From: a virus
Taxonomy: Duplodnaviria > Caudoviricetes
Virus record (IMG/VR): IMGVR_UViG_2974672904_000001
Span: 7,916-71,915 of that record
Length of the DNA stretch: 64,000 bases
Strand: one strand, 5' to 3'
Positions 58,148-64,000 of the stretch are shown one piece after another (the first letter of the stretch is position 1; each line of letters starts with the position of its first letter). Under the pieces are notes generated by a model. It was not told the origin of the DNA. It did not search any database and saw nothing but the letters and a program-made list of their open reading frames with translations. Made by a program: the position numbers and the translations under genes.

Positions 58148-58528
58148 TTATTGTTTTCTAGGTATAACCTGTGCTCGGTCAAACATCGGGATATCCCTTT
58201 CTCCCGTCCATCGTTTTGCATATGAACCTTCTCCTTTACGAACTACGTAACCAAGGGCATACCATTCATCAAATGAACGGAACTCAAAGGAGGGAAGATT
58301 CGCATGGGAAGGTAAGCAACGAGTAAGAGTGATTTTATCTCGTACTAAGGCATCACGAGTTTCTCGCTGACTGATGCCACATCGCTTACATGCTCTGCGG
58401 AAGAATGAACGAGGGATAGTATTAAAACCTCTGTATTTGCGTACAAATAGTTCAGCAATGAACCTCTCGTATCCAGTCGTATGCTCAAGGTCTACGGTTA
58501 CTCCCTCGGTATAGACACATAAGCTCAT
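58148..58528 (-). CDS. Hypothetical protein with ArdC N-terminal (DUF1738)-like ssDNA-binding motif
   Basis: SFDEWYALGYVVRKGEGS...FDRAQV resembles the ArdC-N pattern TF.QW...G..V.KGE....F...Q. Confidence 0.5.
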   Translation of the reverse strand: MSLCVYTEGVTVDLEHTTGYERFIAELFVRKYRGFNTIPRSFFRRACKRCGISQRETRDALVRDKITLTRCLPSHANLPSFEFRSFDEWYALGYVVRKGEGSYAKRWTGERDIPMFDRAQVIPRKQ

Positions 58529-58863
58529 AAGCTGTCATCCTCATTGCTTGGGTCATCTATGTTGAGTTCCACTCGTGCAATGAGTATCCAAGCCTTCTGG
58601 TATTCATCGCTACACTGACCCCACATGAAGTCATAGATAGTAGGGTCAAGTCCCATGTGCTTGTAGTAGAGTTCCTTAGCTCGTACCACTGCTATAGGAG
58701 GGTACTCTGCCTCAGGTTGGAAATTAGCAAAAACGTAATTTCTTCCTGAGTTAATGACACGATGAAATTCATTACAATGACATACTCTACAGAACTGGTG
58801 GCCATCCATTGAGTACGCCACTACTGGGGCATGAGGATGTTTAGGGCATTCTAATTTAGCCAT
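58525..58863 (-). CDS. Early hypothetical protein with putative Zn finger
   Basis: CPKH...CRVC; coupled to neighbouring genes. Confidence 0.55.
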   Translation of the reverse strand: MAKLECPKHPHAPVVAYSMDGHQFCRVCHCNEFHRVINSGRNYVFANFQPEAEYPPIAVVRAKELYYKHMGLDPTIYDFMWGQCSDEYQKAWILIARVELNIDDPSNEDDSL

Positions 58864-59074
58864 TACTTTTTTCCTGTCTTAGTTGACGTACCACATCACT
58901 AACGTGATTAGTAAACTCTGCCCACATTTCCATAGACAATAAGCCTTCAGTAATGCTGTAGAGGCGGTCGGTGTGGAGGTCTAGGATTTCAATGACATCA
59001 ATCCGTTCCAGACTGACGAAGTAGGTGAACATTAGCTCTTGCTCACCTTGATTAATAATCAGGTGTCTTCTCAT
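58856..59074 (-). CDS. Early hypothetical protein
   Basis: 72 aa; overlapping stop/start chain. Confidence 0.55.
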   Translation of the reverse strand: MRRHLIINQGEQELMFTYFVSLERIDVIEILDLHTDRLYSITEGLLSMEMWAEFTNHVSDVVRQLRQEKSNG

Positions 59075-59076
59075 GG

Positions 59077-59271
59077 CTACACTCCGTAAGCAACGTGTAC
59101 GATTGCATCTCGCAATGTCTTGCAGAACGGGTATTGTCTGCCATGAGGTTTAAAGAATTTGCCATGTTTGGTTATCATGGTGGATTGTCCGTTGACTCGG
59201 ACGTAGTAGTAAGTGTTGCCTTTTTTATCTCGTAAACGATTTACTTTATAGTTCGGTAAATACGTACGCAT
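59077..59271 (-). CDS. Early hypothetical protein (basic)
   Basis: 64 aa; TAATG coupling to the upstream ORF. Confidence 0.55.
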   Translation of the reverse strand: MRTYLPNYKVNRLRDKKGNTYYYVRVNGQSTMITKHGKFFKPHGRQYPFCKTLRDAIVHVAYGV

Positions 59272-59441
59272 TACATGCCTCCAGATTCCTGTGAGTAGAT
59301 GACATACAGCGAGAACAGTGTTAGCAATTCCTCTGCTGCTAAGACTCCATCAATATCCAATCCTTCAGGTGTTACCCCTATATCTGCTTGAGCATTAGGA
59401 TGGATATTATGAAAGCGTGATAAGAATTCGTTTCTGGTCAA
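59271..59441 (-). CDS. Early hypothetical protein (56 aa, TTG start; not in ORF track)
   Basis: SD TAAGGA then TTG; MTRNEFLSRFHNIHPNAQADIG...SQESGGM; fills the gap exactly and ends in TAATG. Confidence 0.6.
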   Translation of the reverse strand: MTRNEFLSRFHNIHPNAQADIGVTPEGLDIDGVLAAEELLTLFSLYVIYSQESGGM

Positions 59442-59450
59442 GGGATTTCC

Positions 59451-59783
59451 TTAGAAGGTTTTGAGAGCAGGATGTAAGGGTCTGCCTAACTCTGCTTCAG
59501 CTTGGTTAATGATGTTGCGAAGATACTTACGTGACTCACGCATAACAGCACTGTCACTGCCATGTAGAACACACATGTGCTTAGCGATAGTTCGACCTAA
59601 CTCAGTATCTTCTTGGCGAGAGATAGCACGAATGGTACTAACAGATGTCCCTTCCTCTATCATCTCTTGATATCGAATCAGATTAGTTCTGCACGTATGT
59701 GCAATGTGCATAAGCTCATGCATAGCTATATTGGTTCTGTCCAGCTTACGCTGGTGGAAGTATTTGCGTATCCAGTTAATCAT
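59451..59783 (-). CDS. Early hypothetical protein
   Basis: 110 aa; SD GGGAGA. Confidence 0.55.
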   Translation of the reverse strand: MINWIRKYFHQRKLDRTNIAMHELMHIAHTCRTNLIRYQEMIEEGTSVSTIRAISRQEDTELGRTIAKHMCVLHGSDSAVMRESRKYLRNIINQAEAELGRPLHPALKTF

Positions 59784-59991
59784 GGGTCTCTCCCCAATTA
59801 GGTAGTGGGCAACTCGTAGGGATAACTCCCTTAGGACTTGCTATTAAAATTCCCTTATATTCATTGACATCATAAGGCAATGTCTTCTCTGATTTAGTAC
59901 AGTAGGGAACGTACGATACCTGTCCGAATGCCCCTTTATGACTCTTAAAAGGACAGGCATGACATGAGTTAATCTCCAGTGCCTTCTTCAT
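59776..59991 (-). CDS. Small Cys-rich early protein
   Basis: CHACPF...YC...IPTSCPL. Confidence 0.55.
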   Translation of the reverse strand: MKKALEINSCHACPFKSHKGAFGQVSYVPYCTKSEKTLPYDVNEYKGILIASPKGVIPTSCPLPNWGETHD

Positions 59992-59993
59992 GG

Positions 59994-60191
59994 TTAATCC
60001 TTTAGGTTGTCTAAAGACAGAGCCAAATAGTTAATAAGATTTAACACTTCTGATTTAGATAGTTCAGCAAGGTAATGGCTGTCACAGCACTCTAAAACCT
60101 GAAGCTTCCCGTTCTGTACCCACATGGTCGTAACTTCATTCCCATCTTTGGTTTCGACAGTAAGACTTTTGTTTTCTCTAACAATTGGCAT
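59994..60191 (-). CDS. Early hypothetical protein
   Basis: 65 aa in a tightly packed chain. Confidence 0.5.
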   Translation of the reverse strand: MPIVRENKSLTVETKDGNEVTTMWVQNGKLQVLECCDSHYLAELSKSEVLNLINYLALSLDNLKD

Positions 60192-60193
60192 AG

Positions 60194-60376
60194 CTATTTA
60201 CTCATTCGTTTAACTTCAGGGGAATCCACGGTATACCACTGTTTACGTGGAGTTGTGGAACGTGTTTTACGTTTGTAATAGGACACAGAAGGATGGGTAT
60301 CTGCAACTACTGTAGGAGAGATACCTCTTCCCATTACTGCAAGGTATGCAAGTGCACCACTAAGATGTATTGACAT
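60194..60376 (-). CDS. Early hypothetical protein
   Basis: 60 aa in a tightly packed chain. Confidence 0.5.
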   Translation of the reverse strand: MSIHLSGALAYLAVMGRGISPTVVADTHPSVSYYKRKTRSTTPRKQWYTVDSPEVKRMSK

Positions 60377-60379
60377 TAT

Positions 60380-60820
60380 TTATGCTCCATTGATTATTTC
60401 ATCTCGTACCTGCATCAGCAGAATACCTAGACGGTTCTTTCCCTTGCCATCCACGAGATACACACCCCAATATTTATCCTTCCAATAGTTTCCCTCTTGG
60501 AGTGTCTGGGTACCTGTATCTATTAGTTTCTGGCGTAAGGTAGGATTGTATTTACTGAACTTCCATCGAAGGGCTGCAAGCATCACCTTCTCTTTCTTTT
60601 CATCCCATTGAGGTCTAAGTGTTAACTCACGACCTAGTATCTTTGCATCACTCACATACTTGCATGATGCAATGGTCTTACGGTCACGCAGGTTAAGTGT
60701 TTTCATGGCTACATAGAAATGCTCCACTGTGGCGTATTTAAGCCCTCCGTGGATTAGAGGAGCTTCTAGCTTGCTGAAGTTAGAAAGCCATTGGTCATCT
60801 CCACTGAATGTCTTAATCAT
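60380..60820 (-). CDS. NADAR (YbiA-like) domain protein
   Basis: WLSNF, TVEHFYVAMK, KFSKYNPTLRQKLIDTG, EGNYWKDKYWGV and GKNRLGILLMQVR are NADAR motifs. Confidence 0.92.
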   Translation of the reverse strand: MIKTFSGDDQWLSNFSKLEAPLIHGGLKYATVEHFYVAMKTLNLRDRKTIASCKYVSDAKILGRELTLRPQWDEKKEKVMLAALRWKFSKYNPTLRQKLIDTGTQTLQEGNYWKDKYWGVYLVDGKGKNRLGILLMQVRDEIINGA

Positions 60821-61058
60821 TCGATTCTCCCTCTACTCGGTAACGTTTCCTAAGCACATTGACTGTCTTTGCAAACAGTACATGAGGCTTCATGTAAATG
60901 TCTGGGTAGTGTCCCCATAGACTACGGTGTTTAGGTTTGATGTTGAGAGCATCTATCTTCACACCCGTACTAGTGGTGTATTCAGTCCAGTAATACTCTA
61001 TCTCTAGGTCTTTCTTTAAGATCTCTGAGTACCCTAGGTTCTCTGTCTTTATGGGCAT
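60813..61058 (-). CDS. Early hypothetical protein
   Basis: 81 aa; SD AGAGGAA. Confidence 0.55.
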   Translation of the reverse strand: MPIKTENLGYSEILKKDLEIEYYWTEYTTSTGVKIDALNIKPKHRSLWGHYPDIYMKPHVLFAKTVNVLRKRYRVEGESND

Positions 61059-61074
61059 AATAATTCCTCTGTAT

Positions 61075-61239
61075 TTATTTCACGGAGATAGTTACGGATT
61101 CTGGGTCTGTATTAAAGGATGCAAACAAGGTATCAAAGCCACTTGATATTACGTCCATACCTGCAATGAGTTCTATCCCAAGAACTGCCACTACTGTCCA
61201 TAACACTACAGCCATAAAGAACGTATCAAACTTGCTCAT
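61075..61239 (-). CDS. Small membrane protein (54 aa)
   Basis: ATG 61239 after SD GGAG; TM segment FFMAVVLWTVVAVLGIELI. Confidence 0.6.
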   Translation of the reverse strand: MSKFDTFFMAVVLWTVVAVLGIELIAGMDVISSGFDTLFASFNTDPESVTISVK

Positions 61240-61508
61240 ATTTAGTCTCCATTTTGGTGAGTTTTCCCTCTGTATTTTACCCAATTTACACTATATCTAG
61301 GTGTATCTAAACACCTCTATATCGTAGCCCTAGAACCATATCTTTATACCTAGTGCTTGCTCCCCACGGGAGCCAACCATCCGCACAAGTGGATGCAGTT
61401 GGATGCAGACACACCCGCTCCACAACCACCCACAACACTTTATACCAACTTATATACAACTATATCCAACCGTTGGCACGTACTTGTGGTAGGCCAGTAC
61501 GGAAAGAG

Positions 61509-61545
61509 AAAAAAAGAGTGCCACACCCAACGGGAGTGACACACT
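61509..61545 (-). terminator. Early terminator
   Basis: Hairpin plus U7 in minus sense just after the stop at 61557. Confidence 0.7.
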
Positions 61546-61556
61546 TTGCGGAGATG

Positions 61557-61919
61557 CTAAATGGCGAAGTTATCTTCAGAAGCTTCTTCACCAATGACGG
61601 TGACTTTGCCAAGAAGCAACACATCAGCTTCAGGCATTCCAAGCAGAGTCGAAGACAACTTATTCGAGTTCTTGCCTTCAGAGTGCAACGGAATACCAGA
61701 ACCCATGCGACGCTGGTTGCCAGTACCGATTGCTTCAATAACAAACGATTTGATATTAAACACGCCTTTAACCGTGTGCTTCTTAACCAAATCAACAACT
61801 TGAGCCTGAGTAAGGGGAAGAGAACCCGCAACAGCAGAACAGTTCACAAACCCTTCAGCTTGACGCATTTCGTTGCTAGACATTGGAGTCACTTTTGTTG
61901 CACGTTTTGTAGTAGCCAT
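61557..61919 (-). CDS. Possible N4 gp2-like ssDNA-binding RNAP II activator (120 aa)
   Basis: ATG 61919 after SD TAGGA; early position and size; QAEGFVN and MGSGIPLH recall the gp2 segments AQFWLN and LPTGIPLD; weak similarity. Confidence 0.45.
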   Translation of the reverse strand: MATTKRATKVTPMSSNEMRQAEGFVNCSAVAGSLPLTQAQVVDLVKKHTVKGVFNIKSFVIEAIGTGNQRRMGSGIPLHSEGKNSNKLSSTLLGMPEADVLLLGKVTVIGEEASEDNFAI

Positions 61920-61959
61920 AATATATTTCCTAAGGTTGAAGTAAGGACGGGACAATATT

Positions 61960-62008
61960 CCCACTCCAAAACCAACCCGCTCTTTGCTCTACTGCTCTAC
62001 CGCTCTTT
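61960..62008 (-). promoter_or_regulatory. Conserved early intergenic motif (copy; others at 61414-61431, 62994-63028, 63346-63382)
   Basis: Plus-strand core TCYAMAACCA in all four copies, followed in three of them by GCTCT/GCTTT repeats; always upstream of a minus-strand early gene. Confidence 0.6.
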
Positions 62009-62018
62009 CACCAGAGAG

Positions 62019-62047
62019 AAAAAACAAACCTTCCCATAACGGGAAGG
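62019..62047 (-). terminator. Early terminator
   Basis: CCTTCCC-5nt-GGGAAGG plus U tract in minus sense after the stop at 62056. Confidence 0.75.
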
Positions 62048-62055
62048 CTTATTGA

Positions 62056-62253
62056 TTAGTTTTCAGGACGGTCAGTGATACTGCTGAACATACTGCCCAC
62101 ATTCGCCATTCCTTGACTCTGAGCGAATAAACGAAGACGGATAGACTCCATTACATTACGCTCATGAAGTTCTTCAGAAGTGTGCTCATTAAGGGCACTC
62201 ATCCAACCCTTCACTTGGGAAGGGCTAAGGTTAGCTTTACGATTAAAGAACAT
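62056..62253 (-). CDS. Early hypothetical protein
   Basis: 65 aa; SD AAGGA. Confidence 0.6.
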   Translation of the reverse strand: MFFNRKANLSPSQVKGWMSALNEHTSEELHERNVMESIRLRLFAQSQGMANVGSMFSSITDRPEN

Positions 62254-62280
62254 AACAATTTCCTTTTGGTTACGAGAGGG

Positions 62281-62409
62281 TTATGAGTGTGCCCACTCAC
62301 AAAGGTGATACAAAGCGAAAGCCGTACTTGCCCATAAACCTGCACCTAGCAGGTGCAACAGGTTGCTTTCAGATTCAAATGCCATAAGCGCTTGGATTAG
62401 TTCAAACAT
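62281..62409 (-). CDS. Small hydrophobic early peptide (42 aa; not in ORF track)
   Basis: SD GGAG; MFELIQALMAFESESNLLHLLGAGLWASTAFALYHLCEWAHS. Confidence 0.5.
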   Translation of the reverse strand: MFELIQALMAFESESNLLHLLGAGLWASTAFALYHLCEWAHS

Positions 62410-62525
62410 AAGTGACTCCAGATTCAATTTAAAAGGGGTGTACGAGGTCAGCCCTCACCAATGTACTCGGTGAAGGTTAAAACCTCTTAGAATGGATTTG
62501 AGGGGCTAGAATGTGTGCCCAAGGG

Positions 62526-62966
62526 TTAGAAGGTGTGCCCTAGGGTCTGACAGTCGGCTTCATAATCCGTCATACGGTCATCAAGCTCAGTATCAACGTT
62601 GTAGCACTCGAAAGAGAACAAGTTGTACTTCTTCACAATGAAGGCTTCAAACAGGTCACCTTGTTCAGGTGTCCAGAAGTCAGAGGGTACATTGTACTGT
62701 GCTTCAAACTTCACCATGTTGTCTTCATGCTCACGACTACCAACCGTAACACGGTTAAGCAAAGAAGCAGGAGGTGGAGCAGAAGGTGCTGAACGTTTAT
62801 CAATCACCCAATTCTTACCAAGTACACGAGTAAGATGTGCTTGCTTCAAAGCTTCGTAGTCCATTGCACACTGTTCTTCAACAGTGTATTTAGTGACGAA
62901 GTTATCAGCGAACTCTGCAAGAGCAAGAGCATGTTCTAGTTCAGTAACGCGGTTAAAAGTGTGCAT
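62526..62966 (-). CDS. Early hypothetical protein
   Basis: 146 aa; SD GGAG. Confidence 0.6.
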   Translation of the reverse strand: MHTFNRVTELEHALALAEFADNFVTKYTVEEQCAMDYEALKQAHLTRVLGKNWVIDKRSAPSAPPPASLLNRVTVGSREHEDNMVKFEAQYNVPSDFWTPEQGDLFEAFIVKKYNLFSFECYNVDTELDDRMTDYEADCQTLGHTF

Positions 62967-63036
62967 AGGGTTGTCTCCAGTAGTGAACAGTTAGACTCTA
63001 TCCACAACCATCCTGCTCTTACGCTCTTGAGAAGGG

Positions 63037-63062
63037 AAAAAAGAAACCCTCTTGCGAGGGTT
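63037..63062 (-). terminator. Early terminator
   Basis: AACCCTC-4nt-GAGGGTT plus U tract in minus sense, overlapping the stop at 63061. Confidence 0.75.
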
Positions 63063-63306
63063 AGAAAGGTAATGATTTAAGCAGGGTAGTCTGGTTAACA
63101 CGAGAGAGAAGATTGTTCTCACCCATGACTTCCCAATTGTCTGAGTTCAGCTCACGAGAAATGAACTGGTACTCTGCTTCCTCATAGTCAGCATCCAGTT
63201 CCGTACTCATACCAGACTCCATCCAGTAGATAGAGAACTGGTCTTGTAGGTCAGCAAAGTATTCAGGGGTGATAAATACTTCAGCAGGGTTAGTTAGTTC
63301 AGTCAT
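63061..63306 (-). CDS. Rightmost early gene, acidic hypothetical protein
   Basis: 81 aa; SD GGAG; D/E-rich. Confidence 0.6.
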   Translation of the reverse strand: MTELTNPAEVFITPEYFADLQDQFSIYWMESGMSTELDADYEEAEYQFISRELNSDNWEVMGENNLLSRVNQTTLLKSLPF

Positions 63307-64000
63307 AACAATTACTCCGTAGGTGGTTATTTAGTTAAGAGGTATCCCACTCTACAACCAACTGCTTTTACTGCTCTTATCCTAGGATAGATAAGGTAAG
63401 TAATAACTGAACAGTAAGAGTAAGGACAAGAGAAGTAATTAACTAAGTACAGTAGGTAAGATAGGTACTCTGAATAGGGATAGTAATAGTAGTAGTAATA
63501 TCTATATCTAAACTTTGGGTAGCGAGTCACGCAAGTGTATCAATGCGATGACCAAACGTACAATTATGATTCGTTATGAAACAGAGCAAATAACAATAAC
63601 AAAGTGTTATGCACTGAGTCCTCCATCTGTATATCTACTGGTTATGGTACTGCGTACGGTAAGGGGTAAGGGATATAGTTAGGGGTAAGGGTAGTATTAA
63701 TAGGTATGAGGTATGGTGTAACTGTGTATACCTAGTACGGATAATGAGACTGTAGTAAGGGTGTAAGTGGATACTAGGGTACTGGGGTAGGTAAAATGAG
63801 GGTAAAAGTGTAGTTAGGAAAGTACTAATATTTAGTTAATTTGTAGGTAAATTTACAGCATCTGATACCACTCATCACTACTACATGCGTGTACTATCAT
63901 AGGTAGATTACAGCAACTAGCATATGTAACGTAGTTAAAGAGGAGTACTATTAATAACTTACAGGTGTTAGAGGATACTACCCAACCAATCCGATACCTA
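63307..64000. other. Non-coding, strand-skewed region, probably at or near the genome terminus
   Basis: No credible ORF; plus strand C-poor with GTAAG/GGGT runs; lies upstream of the first early gene. Confidence 0.55.

Noticed and set aside
61353-62039. Plus-strand 228-aa ORF and nested ORFs at 61460 and 61561
   Set aside because: Antisense or off-frame to a well-supported minus-strand gene and its terminators; no SD.
62998-63006. DnaA-box-like CTATCCACA
   Set aside because: Single copy with a mismatch, and explained as part of the early TCYAMAACCA motif.
63327-63530. Minus-strand Tyr-rich 67-aa ORF
   Set aside because: Translation of low-complexity TAG/TAC repeats; no SD.

Overview
This window is most of the genome of an N4-like podovirus (Schitoviridae), in reverse of the usual N4 orientation. 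Layout: 1-6068 is a leftward unit (macro domain, rIIA, rIIB, tandem wHTH, HNH) containing two densely structured non-coding regions. 6185-43573 is the rightward late block: terminase, modular tail-fibre cassette, lysis genes, portal, major capsid, ejection proteins and a 4093-aa cysteine-free virion RNA polymerase. 43603-56036 holds leftward replication and middle genes (SSB, AAA ATPase, primase, exonuclease, PolA, vWA/MoxR pair, RNAP II). 58148-63306 holds small early genes, and 63307-64000 is a non-coding, probably terminal region. Strongest results: (1) A complete group IA2 self-splicing intron (56836-57688, minus strand) carrying an HNH endonuclease splits the catalytic RNAP II subunit inside motif B; splicing restores KYAIMT|HYYGS. 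(2) The two RNAP II subunit genes lie in the opposite order to N4. (3) Two minus-strand RNAs of about 300-380 nt, rich in G-U-supported helices and tandem pseudoknot-like modules, flank a tandem wHTH gene directly upstream of an HNH nuclease; this is a candidate undescribed RNA-protein system. (4) The phage encodes both a macro-domain and a NADAR ADP-ribosylhydrolase. (5) A conserved motif recurs upstream of early genes. All family assignments come from motif recognition by eye; no database search or folding program was run.
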